Counted from the first letter of the stretch, positions 8,677 through 21,282 are shown. The stretch is 64,000 nucleotides of DNA from an uncultured Gammaproteobacteria bacterium (GCA_963717355.1 OY970328.1:2165275-2229274); one strand, 5' to 3'. Numbers and translations: made by a program. The notes: a model not told the origin generated them from the letters alone.

Positions 8677-11588
8677 GCACTTCCGCACGCTTGATTGCCG
8701 GCGCACTCGCCCTCGCCGCCTTGCAGGCGATGGCCGCCCCTGCCGGCGCCCCCGGGATGGACCTCGACGCCGCGCTCGCCGCGGACCCGTATCCGCAGCC
8801 GCCGTCGACGCCACGCCAGGTGCTGATCCGCAACGCCACGGTCTGGACGATGGCCGAGCCGGGCATCGAGGAAGGCACCGACGTCCTCATCGACGACGGC
8901 GTCATCGCCGCGGTCGGGAAGAACCTCGCGGCCGGCGGAGGCGCGCTCGTGATCGACGCGACCGGCCGGCACGTGACACCGGGCATCATCGACGCGCACA
9001 GCCACAGCGCGACCGAGGCCATGGACCTCAACGAGGGCGTGTACAGCCTCAGCTCGGAGGTGCGCGTCCGCGACGTGCTCGATCCGCGCGCTCCCTCGAT
9101 CTACCAGCAGCTCGCGGGCGGCGTGACGACCGCGCACGTGCTGCACGGCTCGGCGAACGCGATCGGCGGTCAGAACCAGATCGTGAAGTACCGGTGGGGG
9201 GTTCAGCAGCCCGCTGACCTCGTGATGGTGGATGCCCCTCCCACGATCAAGTTCGCGCTCGGCGAGAACCCGACGCAGGCGGGCTTCAAGGGCATGCCGG
9301 GCCGCGAGCAGCGCTATCCGGGCACGCGCCAGGGTGTCGCCGCCTTCATCCGCTCGAGCTTCGAGCGGGCCAAACAATATCGAGACGAATGGGCGCGCTA
9401 CGACAAGCTCTCGAAGGGCCAGCGCGAGAAGACCGTGCCGCCGCGGCGCGACCTGCAGCTCGACGCGCTCGTCGCGGTCCTCGACGACAAGCGCTTCATC
9501 CACGCGCACAGCTATCGCGCGGACGAGATCCTGATGCTCATGCGTGTGGCCGATGAGCTCGGCATCCACGTGACGATGTTCCACCACGTGCTGGAAGGCT
9601 ACCGCGTGGCCGACGAGATGGCGGCGCACGGCGCGGCCGGTACGACGTTCTCCGACTGGTGGGCCTTCAAGATGGAGGCCTACCAGGCGATCCCCTACAA
9701 CGCCGCGATCATGGCGAAGCGCGGCGTGCTGGTGAGCCTCAACTCCGACGACGGCAATCTCGCGCGGCGCCTGAACCTCGAGGCGGCGAAGACGGTGCAC
9801 TACGGCGGGCTGGACCGCCAGCAGGCGCTCGCGATGGTGACGCTCAACCCCGCGAAGCAGCTCAAGATCGACAAGCGCGTCGGCTCGCTCGTCAAGGGCA
9901 AGGATGCGGATCTGGTGATCTGGAGCGGCGATCCGCTGAGCGTGTACAGCGTCGCCGACCTGACCTTCGTGGACGGCAAGATCCGCTTCAGCCGCGAGCT
10001 CGACGTCGCGCATCGCGCCGAGGTCGCGCAGGCGCGCGAGCGGCTCACGGCCGAGATGAAGGCGGCGGCCGACAAGGCGAAGGCCGAGAAGCCGGCGGCG
10101 GAGCCGGCGCCGGCGGCAACCACTGCCGAAGCGAGCCCGCCCGTCGTCGTGCCGCCGGGCACTGTCCCCGACACCGTCAGCACCGCCTCTCCCTCGCGCC
10201 CGGCTGCACCAGCCGCACCGGCCGGGAAAGCGCAGGCGGCGCCGGCTCCGTCGGGCGACGCAGCGAAACCGGAAGCCGCGAAGATCCCGGAGGACTGGGT
10301 GAACCCGCCGGCGCCGAAATTCAACTACACGTTCGCGCGCGGTGCGACGGCGACGCCGGTCGCCATCGTCGGCGCCACGGTTCATACGCTCGAAGGGCCC
10401 GCGATCGCAAACGGCGTCGTCGTCTTCGAGCGTGGCCGCATCACCGCGGTCGGCGGCGCGGACACGCCCGTACCGGCCGGCGCCGAGCGCGTGGACGCCG
10501 CGGGCAAGCACCTCTGGCCGGGTCTCATCCACGCCTTCACGGTGCTCGGCCTCATGGAGATCGACACCGTCGCGGGCTCGGTGGACACGACCGAGACCGG
10601 CGAGATCAATGCGGACGCCGACGCCCTGGTCGCGGTCAATCCCGACAGCGAGCACTTCCCCGTCGCCCGCTCCGCCGGCATCACGCAGGCCATGCTCGTG
10701 CCGAACGGCGGCACGATCTCAGGGATAGCCAGCCTGCTCCGCACCGACGGCTGGACCTGGGAGGAGATGAGCGCGGTGCGCCAGCATTCGCTGGTGTTGC
10801 GCTGGCCGGACCCGATCGCGCCGCAATTCACGGTGTTCCTCGGGCCGTCGAAGAGCCTGCCCGACCGGAAGAAGGAAGACGCGGAGCGCGTGAAGACGCT
10901 CAACGATCTCCTCGACGATGCGGAGGCCTACGGCCGCGCGAAGAAGGAAGCGGTGTCGAGCGGGCGCAAGTGGGAGTACGACGCCGAGCTCGAGGCGCTG
11001 CAGCCCGTAATCTGCCGCGAGCGGCCGCTCTACGCGAGCGCGCGCGAGAAGATCGCGATCGAGGCCGCGGTCGAGTTCGCCGCGAAGCGCAACCTACGGC
11101 TCGTGATCACCGACGGGCGCGACGCCTACCTCGTCACCGATCTGCTCGCGAAGCACAAGGTGCCGGTGATCCTCACGAACATCGCCGGCGACGTGCCGCG
11201 CGCCGACGACCCTTACGACGTGCTGTACTCACTGCCGGCGAAGCTCGAGGCCGCGGGTGTGCCGTTTGCCATCGCGAGCGGCACGCGCACGGGCGGCTCC
11301 GGCAACGCGCGCAACTTCACGCTCTTCGCCGGCCTCGCGGCGGCCCACGGGCTCGACCGCGAGGCCGCGTACAAGTCCGTCACGCTCTATCCCGCGCAGA
11401 TCCTCGGTGTCGACGACGTGCTCGGCTCGATCAAAACGGGCAAGAGCGCGAGCCTCGTGCTGACCGACGGCGACCTGCTCGAGGCGACGACCAACGTCGA
11501 GCAGGTGTGGATCGACGGCACGAAGCCCTCGATGGACGACGTGCAGAAGGCGGCGTGGCGGAAGTGGAGCGCGCGGCCTGAGCCGTAG
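8673..11588 (+). CDS. Two-domain secreted amidohydrolase: active-looking N-terminal domain, Ala/Pro-rich linker, degenerate C-terminal domain
   Basis: Starts MSTSARLIAGALALAALQAMA at ATG 8673. The 7965-8672 part of the listed ORF overlaps the previous gene and is spurious. Domain 1 has PGIIDAHSHS. The linker spans ~10060-10300. Domain 2 has PGLIHAFTVLG, so the HxH is lost. Confidence 0.8.
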   Translation: MSTSARLIAGALALAALQAMAAPAGAPGMDLDAALAADPYPQPPSTPRQVLIRNATVWTMAEPGIEEGTDVLIDDGVIAAVGKNLAAGGGALVIDATGRHVTPGIIDAHSHSATEAMDLNEGVYSLSSEVRVRDVLDPRAPSIYQQLAGGVTTAHVLHGSANAIGGQNQIVKYRWGVQQPADLVMVDAPPTIKFALGENPTQAGFKGMPGREQRYPGTRQGVAAFIRSSFERAKQYRDEWARYDKLSKGQREKTVPPRRDLQLDALVAVLDDKRFIHAHSYRADEILMLMRVADELGIHVTMFHHVLEGYRVADEMAAHGAAGTTFSDWWAFKMEAYQAIPYNAAIMAKRGVLVSLNSDDGNLARRLNLEAAKTVHYGGLDRQQALAMVTLNPAKQLKIDKRVGSLVKGKDADLVIWSGDPLSVYSVADLTFVDGKIRFSRELDVAHRAEVAQARERLTAEMKAAADKAKAEKPAAEPAPAATTAEASPPVVVPPGTVPDTVSTASPSRPAAPAAPAGKAQAAPAPSGDAAKPEAAKIPEDWVNPPAPKFNYTFARGATATPVAIVGATVHTLEGPAIANGVVVFERGRITAVGGADTPVPAGAERVDAAGKHLWPGLIHAFTVLGLMEIDTVAGSVDTTETGEINADADALVAVNPDSEHFPVARSAGITQAMLVPNGGTISGIASLLRTDGWTWEEMSAVRQHSLVLRWPDPIAPQFTVFLGPSKSLPDRKKEDAERVKTLNDLLDDAEAYGRAKKEAVSSGRKWEYDAELEALQPVICRERPLYASAREKIAIEAAVEFAAKRNLRLVITDGRDAYLVTDLLAKHKVPVILTNIAGDVPRADDPYDVLYSLPAKLEAAGVPFAIASGTRTGGSGNARNFTLFAGLAAAHGLDREAAYKSVTLYPAQILGVDDVLGSIKTGKSASLVLTDGDLLEATTNVEQVWIDGTKPSMDDVQKAAWRKWSARPEP

Positions 11589-11634
11589 ACGCGCTCGCGC
11601 GTCGCGCGAAGAGCCTGCCGTACATCGCCGCGGA

Positions 11635-12438
11635 CTAGGACCGAGCGGGCGCCAGGGGTACGCTGGCCGCGATCTCGAGCAGCGCGCGCAGGACCTCGCG
11701 GATCCGCGCGGCCGTGTCGGGCAGGTACTCGCCCGAGGCCTCGTCCATGTAGCTGCGCTGGGCGAGCTCGAGTTGCACGGCGTGAATGCCGCTTGACGGT
11801 TCGCCGTAAGTGCGCGTGATCGCGCCGCCGGTGAAGCGGCCGTTCAGCACGGCGCTGAGAGCCGAGCGGTCGCGCGCGTAGGTCCAGAGCCGGTTCTCGA
11901 GCGCGGGATCGCAGGAGCGGCCGTTGAACGTGCCGATGTTGAGCACGGGCAGCTCGCCGTCGAACAACGCGGGCACGCGGCTCGCGATCGAGTGGGCGTC
12001 CCACAGCACGGCGCAACCGTGGCGTTCGCGGAGCGTACTCGAGCTCGCGCCGCAGGCGGTCGTGGTAGGGCTGCCAGTACTCGCGGATGCGCCGTTGCAC
12101 CTCCGCACCGGCGGGCGCCGCGCCCTCCCGCCAGATCGACTCGCCCGCGAACGTCCGGAGCGGACAGAGTCCGCTCTCCGACCTGGCCCGGGTAGAGCAC
12201 CGAGCCGTCCGCCGGGCGGTTGAGGTCCACGACGTAGCGCGAGTGCGTGGCGACCAGCACGCTCGCGCCCATCCCGGCGGCGAAGTCGTAGAGCCGGTCC
12301 ACGTGCCAGTCGGTGTCCGGCAGCGCGAGGGCGGCCGTGCTCATGTCGGCCGTCGAGCGCCGGCGGCATGAACGTCCCCGCGTGCGGGATGCTCACCAGG
12401 AGGCGGGTGGACCCGGTATGAAACCGGTACGTGTCCAT
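11635..12438 (-). pseudogene. hutG: N-formylglutamate amidohydrolase, at least 3 frameshifts in this assembly
   Basis: Family segments lie in three frames: MDTYRFHTGSTRLLVSIPHAGTFMPP; LPDTDWHVDRLYDFAAGMGASVLVATHSRYVVDLNRP; RRIREYWQPYHDRLRREL; AVLWDAHSIASRVPALFDGELPVLNIGTFNGRSC... Confidence 0.75.
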
Positions 12439-12441
12439 GGC

Positions 12442-13963
12442 TCAAGCGAACAACGTGACACGCCGCCGGTAGTGGCCGGCAAGCATCATCCCCTGCACCG
12501 CCGCGATGTCCTCGGCGAGCGGGCGGTCGCGCTCGTAGCGCGGGCTGACGGCGCGGATGCCCGCGAGCGTCTCTTCGAGCGCCGCGGAGCTGCGCAGTGG
12601 CCGGTGGAACTCGATGCCCTGGGCCGCAGCGAGCAGTTCGATGGCAACGATTGCCGACGTGTTGTCCGTCATGCGGTGCAGGCGCAGCGCCGCGGCGGTC
12701 GCCATGCTGACGTGATCCTCCTGGTTCGCGGAGGTAGGCAGGCTGTCGACGCTCGCCGGGTGCGCGAGGGACTTGTTCTCCGAGGCAAGCGCCGCCGCGG
12801 TGACCTGCGGCACCATGAATCCCGAGTTGAGCGCCGCTCTCCTCCACCAGGAACGGCGGCAGGCCGCTCATGCGCGGATCGATCAGGAGCGCGATGCGCC
12901 GCTCGGAGAGCGCGCCGATCTCGGCGATCGCGGTCGCCAGGTAGTCGCAGGCGAGCGCGACGGGCTCGGCATGGAAGTTGCCGCCGGAAAGGATCACGCC
13001 ATCGGCGCTGAACACGAGCGGGTTGTCCGTCACTGCGCGCGCCTCGGCGAGGAAGACCTGGCCGACGTGGCGCAGCGTCTCGAGACAGGCGCCCATCACC
13101 TGCGGCTGGCAGCGCAGGCTGTAAGGGTCCTGCACGCGGTCGCAGGCGGCGTGTGAGGCGCGGATTCCGCTCCCGGCGATGAGATCGCGGAAGAGCGCCG
13201 CAACGTCGCTCTGCCCGCGGTGCCCGCGCACGCGGCTGATGCGCGCGTCGAACGGCGTGTCGCTGCCGCGCGCCGCATCCACCGAGAGCGCGCCGGCGAC
13301 GCAAGCGGCGGCGAAGACGCTCTCCGCCTGGAACAGCGCGCCGAGCGCGAGCGCGGTCGACACCTGCGTCCCGTTGAGGAGCGCGAGGCCCTCCTTCGGC
13401 TGCAGCGTGAAGCGGCCGAGGCCCGCGAGCCGCAGCGCCTCGGCGGCGCCGTGCTCGACTCCCGCGTGGCGCGCGCGCCCGACGCCGAGTAGCACCGCGC
13501 CGAGATGCGCGAGCGGCGCGAGGTCGCCGGAGGCGCCGACCGAGCCCTGCGACGGCAGCACCGGATAGATCTCGTGATTGACAAGCCGGCAGAGCGCGTC
13601 CACGAGCTCGGGCGTCACGCCGGAATACCCCTGCGCCAGGCTCAGCACCTTCAGCACGAGCACCAGCCGCACAACCCGGTCCGGCAGTGGCGCGCCGACG
13701 CCCGCGCAGTGCGAGAGGATCAGGTTCTCCTGAAGCTGCACGAGGCGGTCGGCGGGGATGCGCACGTTGGCGAGCAGCCCGAAGCCCGTGTTGATGCCGT
13801 AGATCGGGCGGTCGCCGGCGAGCGCCTCCGTCACGGCGCGCTGGCCCTCGCGGATGCGCGAGCGCGCCGGCTCGTCGAGCGTGAGCGTGACCGGCCCCTG
13901 CCAGACCTGGCGCAGCGCTTCGAGGTCGATGGCGCCGGCGTCGGCGTTGATCTGCGCGGTCAT
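12442..13963 (-). pseudogene. hutH: Histidine ammonia-lyase, single frameshift near 12820-12835
   Basis: MIO motif GSVGASGDLAPLAHL. The N-terminal ~380 aa are in one frame (MTAQINADAG... to ...PPFLVEES). The C-terminus ([21 protein letters not shown]...) is in the frame of ORF 12442-12816. Confidence 0.9.
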
Positions 13964-13999
13964 AAAGGTTCCAAATGTGCCGGGTTCATGAGTTACGCG

Positions 14000-14083
14000 A
14001 AAAAGGGTGTCAGACTGGGTTTTCCGCACACCACGTTTGCCCTGCGAGACGGGTCACCGGAAAACCCAGTCTGACCCCCTTTT

Positions 14084-14084
<1 letters not shown>
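14000..14084. repeat. Intergenic hairpin: 27 bp arms with 1 mismatch, 31 nt loop, GTCAGAC-type REP-like element
   Basis: AAAAAGGGTGTCAGACTGGGTTTTCCG (14000-14026) pairs with CGGAAAACCCAGTCTGACCCCCTTTTT (14058-14084). It lies between the hutU stop and the hutH start. Confidence 0.85.
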
Positions 14085-15771
<1,687 letters not shown>

Positions 15772-15775
<4 letters not shown>

Positions 15776-16483
15776 GGTGACTTTCCTGGCGGAGCGCCGG
15801 CGGTGAGCTCGTAACGCGAGCCCGGGTGGTAGAGAGCGGCGACGCTGACCGGCTGCCCCGCCGACCAGCTCCTGCGGTGAATGACGAGACAGGGCTCGTC
15901 GAGCCCCATCTTCAGCATCGCGCGGATGCGCCGCGTGGGAATCTCCGCTCGGATCAGGTGCTCGACGGTCTGCAGCGGCGCGATCCGCTGCAGGTATTCG
16001 TTCGGCGTGATGAGCGTGAAATCCTGCTCGATGTATCCGGGCACGGCGTGCGCGCAGACGAAGCGGTCTTCGACCTGCACCGGCAGGTCGTTCTCGAGGT
16101 GGGTGATGAGGGAGTGATACACGGTTGCGCCGGGGCGCAGGTGCAGGCGCACGGCGACCTCGCTCGCCGCCGCGATGCGCTCCATGACGGCGACGCGCGC
16201 GCCGTGCGCGTGGCCGCGCTCGCGGATCTCGTCCGCGATGTTGCGAACGTGCAGCGCGTGCGAGCGCGCGGGGATGTCCGCGACAAACGTGCCGACGCCG
16301 GTGTGGCGCACGACGCACGCCGTCGCGCGCGAGCTCGCGCAGCGCGCGGTTCGCCGTCATGCGTGAGACGCCGAACTGGCGCACGAGCTCCTGCTCGGAG
16401 GGCACGCGGTCGCGCGGGCGCAGCCGCCCGTCCTGGATCTCCTCCAGGATGTGGGCCTTCAGCTGCTGGTAGCGCGGCGTCAT
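15772..16483 (-). pseudogene. hutC: GntR-family histidine utilisation repressor, one frameshift near 16315
   Basis: The N-terminal w[58 protein letters not shown] is in one frame. The UTRA domain ([14 protein letters not shown]...[10 protein letters not shown]) is in ORF 15772-16311. Confidence 0.85.
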
Positions 16484-17801
16484 GCGCCGCCCGCGCCGGC
16501 GACCCAGCGGCCGGCGACCATGACCGAGCGGACGTGGCGCTCGCTGCCGGCGAAGATCCAGCGGTCGAGGATCTCGTCGGGGTCGTCCGCCGGGGCGTCC
16601 GCGAGCAGCGGATCGTCCGCGTCGAGCACGATGAAGTCGCCGCAGCAGCCGGCTGCGATCCGGCCTACCGGCTGGCCGAGCGCGCGCGCGCCGCCCGCGA
16701 GCACCGCGCGGTAGAGCCGCGCGCCCGTGTGCGGCTCCTCTGCGGTGGCGGCGACGTTGCGCCGGCCATGCACCAGGCGCTGTCCGTATTCGAGCCAGCG
16801 CAGCTCCTCGACCGGGCTCACGGAGACGTTGCTGTCCGAGCCGATGCCGATGCAGCCCGCCCGCCTCGAGGAAGGCCGGCAGGGGGAAGAACCCGTCGCC
16901 GAGGTTGGCCTCGGTCGTCGGGCAGAGCGCCACGACGGCGCCGGTCGCGGCGAGCGCGCGCGTCTCCGCCGGGGTCATGTGCGTCGCGTGCACGAGGCAC
17001 CAGTGCGTCTCCGGCAGGCCGTTGCCGAGCAGCCACTCGACCGGGCGGCGGCCCGACCAGGCCTCGCACTGCGCCACCTCGGCCGGCTGCTCGGCGACGT
17101 GGATGTGCACCGGGCGCCCTGGCGCGACGCGTGCGCGGTGCGCGAGCACGGCGCCCAGGCCCGCGGGGTCCACGGCCCGCAGGCTGTGAAAGGCCGTCCC
17201 GATCCGGAGCGTCCCGTGCTCGCGCCGGACCAGGCCGTCGGTGAGCGCGAGGTATTCGCTCCGACGTGCAGACGAAGCGCGCCTGGTGGGGCTCGGCGGG
17301 CCGGCCGCCGAAGCCGCCGTAGGTGTAGAGCACGGGCAGCAGCGTCAGGCGAATGCCCGCCGCCGCCGCGCCCTCGATCAGGGCGAGGCTCATGGCGGCC
17401 GGCTCGGCGTAGGGCCGGCCGCCCGCGCCATGGTGCAGGTAGTGGAATTCGCAGACGGCCGTGTACCCCGCGCGCAGCATCTCCGCGTACAGGCCGGTCG
17501 CCATCGCCCGCAGCGTCTCGGGGGTGACGGACTGGGCGAGCTCGTACATCCGCTCGCGCCAGGACCAGAACGTGTCGGCTGCCGGGCCCGCGCGCTCGGC
17601 ACGCCCCGCGAGAGCCCGCTGAAACGCGTGGCTGTGCAGATTCGGAATGCCGGGCAGGAGCAGCCCGACCCGCTCGCTCGCGCCGTCCGGGCGCGCTCCG
17701 GGACGCACGTGCGCGATCAGGCCGTCCGCGCCGATCGCGATCTCGGCATCGGCTGCCCAGCCATCGGGCAGGAGGGCGCGGTCTGCGTGCAGAGTCTTCA
17801 C
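16480..17801 (-). pseudogene. hutF: Formimidoylglutamate deiminase, at least 2 frameshifts
   Basis: N-terminus MKTLHADRALLPDGW...PGIPNLHSHAFQR (ORF 16818-17801); middle [29 protein letters not shown]...HATHMTP (frame of 14084-17173); C-terminus [15 protein letters not shown]...VMVAGRWV (ORF 16480-16821). Confidence 0.8.
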
Positions 17802-17881
17802 GGCTCGTCTGCGGTCCGCTCGCTACTTGTATAGACAACCATAGGTAAAATATCATCGCGCCGCCATTAAGGACAAGCAAG

Positions 17882-19124
17882 ATGACCCACTGGGACTCAC
17901 TCTGGATCGACGGCCACCTCGCCACCATGGTCGCGGGCGCCGCGCCTTACGGCACAATCCGCGACGGCGCGCGTCGCCATCGCCGGAGAGCGCATCGCCT
18001 GGGTCGGCCCGCAGAAGGAACTGCCCGCCCCGCCCGACCGCTGCGCGGCGCGCGTGCACTCGATGGGGGGCGGCTGGCTCACCCCCGGGCTCATCGACTG
18101 CCATACCCACCTCGTCTTCGCCGGCAATCGCATCGCGGAATTCGAGCAGCGCCGGAACGGCGCGACCTACGAGGACATCGCGCGGCGCGGCGGCGGCATC
18201 CTGGCGACCGTGGCGGCGACGCGCGCGGCCAGCGAAGAAGCACTCGCCGCCGAATCGTGGCCGCGAGCGGTGGCCCTCGCGCGCGAAGGCGTGACGACGC
18301 TCGAGGTGAAGTCAGGCTACGGGCTCGATCTCGACACCGAACGGCGCATGCTGCGCGTCGCGCGCAGGATCGGCGGCGCCCCGGCCGCGAACGGCGTGCG
18401 CGGCGCGGGGCCCGACGTCCGCACCACTTACCTCGGGCTGCACGCGCTGCCGCCGGAGTTCGCCGGCCGCTCCGACGCCTACGTGGACTTCGTCTGCGAG
18501 GAGGCCCTGCCGGCGCTCGCCCACGAGGGGCTCGTGGATGCCGTGGACGCGTATTGCGAGAAGATCGCCTTCGATGCGGCGCAAACCACCCGCTTCTTCC
18601 GCCGCGCGCAGGAGTTGCGGATCCCGGTCAAGCTGCATGCCGATCAGCGCAGCGACTGCGGCGGCGCCGCTCTCGCCGCCTACCACGCCGCGCTCTCCGC
18701 CGATCATCTCGAATACACCACGGCCGAGGGCGTCGCGGCTCTGCACGCCGCCGGCACGGTCGCGGTGCTGCTGCCCGGATCCTTCTACACGCTGGGCGAG
18801 AAGCGGCTGCCGCCGGTCGCGGAGCTGCGCCGCCGGAGCGTGCCGATCGCCATCGCGAGCGACTGCAATCCCGGCACTTCGCCCACGGTCTCGCTGCTGC
18901 TCATGCTGAACATGGCCTGCCACCTCTTCGGCCTGACGCCGGAGGAATGCCTCGCCGGCGCGACGCGCGCGGCCGCGCGCGCGCTCGGCCTGCACCGCGA
19001 TCGCGGCATGCTGGCGGCGGGCCAGCGCGCCGACCTCGCGCTCTGGGACATCGCCGAGCCTGCCGAGCTCACCTACTGGCTCGGCGGCAACCCGCTCCGC
19101 CAGGTCATCAGGAACGGCGTGTGA
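17882..19124 (+). pseudogene. hutI: Imidazolonepropionase, one frameshift near 17960
   Basis: [29 protein letters not shown] is in one frame. The remaining 356 aa ([14 protein letters not shown]...[10 protein letters not shown]...) are in ORF 18054-19124. Confidence 0.9.
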
Positions 19125-19152
19125 GCTGCCCGTTGGCATGATGTCGCGGTAC

Positions 19153-19243
19153 GGTGCCGGGCTTTCGGCTTCGGAAACGCCGTCGTTGAACGGCAGCGTG
19201 GATCAGGCCGCCTCCATTGTTTCCGAAACCGAAAGCCCGGCAC
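19153..19243 (+). repeat. ~91 bp hairpin element, copy 1 (25 bp arms)
   Basis: GTGCCGGGCTTTCGGCTTCGGAAAC ... GTTTCCGAAACCGAAAGCCCGGCAC. The loop is homologous to the reverse complement of the copy 2 loop. Confidence 0.85.
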
Positions 19244-19357
19244 GTCTCCCACGGACGCTCGCGGCGAGCAGCACCCGGGGCCGGTAGTTGGCGCGCATTC
19301 GCGGCCATGCCACCACTTGGGCGGCAGCATCCGCTACGGCGAAGCCTCGGGCTGTTA

Positions 19358-19451
19358 GTGTGTCGGGCCTGGGGTTTCGGAAACAATGGAGACGGCCTGA
19401 GGAAAGATGACGCCGAACGACGGCGTTTCCGAAGCCCCGGGCCCGACACAC
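19358..19451 (-). repeat. ~94 bp hairpin element, copy 2 (27 bp arms), inverted relative to copy 1
   Basis: GTGTGTCGGGCCTGGGGTTTCGGAAAC ... GTTTCCGAAGCCCCGGGCCCGACACAC. Loop reverse complement GCCGTCGTTCGGCGTCATC..CAGGCCGTCTCCATT compared with copy 1 GCCGTCGTTGAACGGCAGC..CAGGCCGCCTCCATT. Confidence 0.85.
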
Positions 19452-19474
19452 CACAACCCGAAGGAGTCGTCCGG

Positions 19475-20695
19475 ATGAAGACTGTCCGCTCGCTGGTCAC
19501 CGCGGGTCTCGCAACGATGCTGCCCGGTGCGCTGCTCGCCGGCCAGGCCATGCTGCACATGGAAATCGGCGACCCGGCCCGCAAGGGCCGCGAGGTGCCG
19601 GTCGTGCTCGACGGCATCACCGACACCGCGACCGGCACCGTGATCACGCCCGCCGAGATGGCGAAGCGGCTCGACGGCGTCGGCATCCTCTTCATCGGCG
19701 AGAACCACACCAACCAGGACTTCCACGACGTGCAGTTCCGCGCGATCAAGGCGCTGCACGAGGCCGGCCGCGAGGTGATGGTCGGGCTCGAGATGTTCCC
19801 GTACACCGAGCAGCCGGTGCTCGACAACTGGAACGACGGGCGCTACACCGAGGACGGCTTCGTGGAGCTCGGCCGCTGGTACGACAACTGGGGCTATCAC
19901 TGGAATTTCTACCGCAACATCTTTCTCTACGGCCAGAAGCACGGCATCGACTTCTACGCGGTGAACAGCCCGCGTGACGTCGTCAAGTCCGTGCGCGCCA
20001 AGGGCTTCGAGAACCTGACGCCCGAGGAGGCCGCGCACCTGCCGCCGAAGCTCGCGCCCGAGAACGACGAGCACCGCGCGCTCTATCGCGCCTCCTTCGA
20101 CCCGGACGACGCGCTGCACATGAACGAGCAGCGCTGGACGGCATGTACCGCGCGCAGACGATGTGGGATGCGACGATGGGCTGGAACGCCCTGCAGGCGC
20201 TGAAGGCGCACGGCGGGCCGAAGGCGATCATGGTGGTGCTGATCGGCGCCGGCCACGTGACCTACGGCCTCGGCGCGCGCGCGCCAGATCGCGCCCTGGT
20301 ACAAGGGCAGGATCGCGGAGCTCGTGCCGGTGAGCGTGCGTGGACGACGACGACAAGCCGGTCAGCGAGGTCCGCGCCTCCTACGCGACCTTCGTCTGGG
20401 GCGTGCCGCAGGAGATCGAGCCGCTCTACCCGAGCCTCGGCGTGTCGCTGATGGGAGCCATGGGCAAGGAACCGACGCAGATCATCCAGGTGAGCGAGAA
20501 AGGTGTGGGCGAGCGCGCGGGCCTCAAGGTCGGCGACGTGCTGCCTGTCGCTCGACGGCACGACCGTCACCGCCGACAACGCCCTGCGCGCGCCTGATGG
20601 CGGATTACCGGTGGGGCGACGTCGTCACCGTCGGCATTCGCCGCGACGGCAAAGAGCAGACGGTCCCGGTGCCGCTCCGGCGCGCACCGCAATAG
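19475..20695 (+). pseudogene. ChaN-family (haem-binding uptake / Tiki superfamily) protein with C-terminal PDZ domain, at least 3 frameshifts
   Basis: MKTVRSLVTAGLATMLPG signal, then ILFIGENHTNQDFHDVQFRAIKAL...GLEMF (ChaN). It continues in other frames: YRAQTMWDATMGWNALQ..VVLIGAGHVTYGLG; SVVDDDDKP...VSEKGVGERAGLKVGDV (PDZ); DYRWGDVVTVGIRRDGKEQTVPVPL. Confidence 0.7.
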
Positions 20696-20714
20696 CTGTC
20701 GGGACCGATGGCGA

Positions 20715-20817
20715 CTCCGCCTCCTGACGGGACGCTCACTACGGCCATCCCTGGCCTTCGTTCGCTTGGGTCGTCGCTGCGCTCCGCTCCTGCTCCGCTC
20801 GCTCCTCACACCCACCA
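20715..20817 (+). repeat. ~105 bp MITE-like intergenic element, copy B (termini degenerate)
   Basis: Aligns end to end with the reverse complement of 7085-7192 and with 32455-32606. Confidence 0.75.
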
Positions 20818-20888
20818 GAAGGCGAGCCGCCATCGGTCTGCTGCCAGCCGAGCACCACGTGCGGGCGCGGGGGGCGCGCGACGGGCGT

Positions 20889-21165
20889 CCAGCCGCGGGC
20901 CGGTGTAGCCCATAGGGCCGGCTTGCCTGCGCGGCGCAGCGAGCGAGGGCTGCGCGCAGCGTCGCCGGCAGGGATGCCGGCGATCCGCCGCGGCTTCCTG
21001 GCAGATGAGCTGCCTGTCTTGCAGCAGCACGTCCGGGTGCGACGAGCCAGGGATGGCGAGTGCGGCGGACACCGTGGCGAGCAAGCCGCGCAGGGTTCCC
21101 GCCGCACCGTCGTTCCACGGAGCGCATGCGCATCAGGCGGGCAAGCCGGCAGGGCACACCGGGGC
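20889..21165 (-). repeat. ~280 bp repeat, left flank of the accessory locus (inverted relative to 30340-30563)
   Basis: The reverse complement shares long identical blocks with 30340-30563: 31/31 GCGGCGGATCGCCGGCATCCCTGCCGGCGAC and 30/31 CGGTGTCCGCCGCACTCGCCATCC.TGGCTC. This copy has an extra ~49 bp internal insertion. Confidence 0.8.
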
Positions 21166-21222
21166 GGCTGGACGCCCGAGTCGCAGCGCTCGCCGCGCGC
21201 CCACGTGGCGATTAGCTGTGCC

Positions 21223-21253
21223 AAAAAAAGAAACCCCGCCGAGGCGGGGTTTC
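21223..21253 (-). terminator. Rho-independent terminator of the cohesin-like gene operon
   Basis: On the minus strand GAAACCCCGCC-TCG-GCGGGGTTTC is followed by TTTTTTT, 30 nt after the stop at 21283. Confidence 0.8.
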
Positions 21254-21282
21254 CGTTCATCCGGACTGGAGGATCCGGATTA

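Noticed and set aside
11589-11634. A bidirectional terminator between the convergent amidohydrolase gene and hutG (GACGCGC-TC-GCGCGTC)
   Set aside because: The stem is only 7 bp and there is no flanking T or A tract. This is too weak to call.
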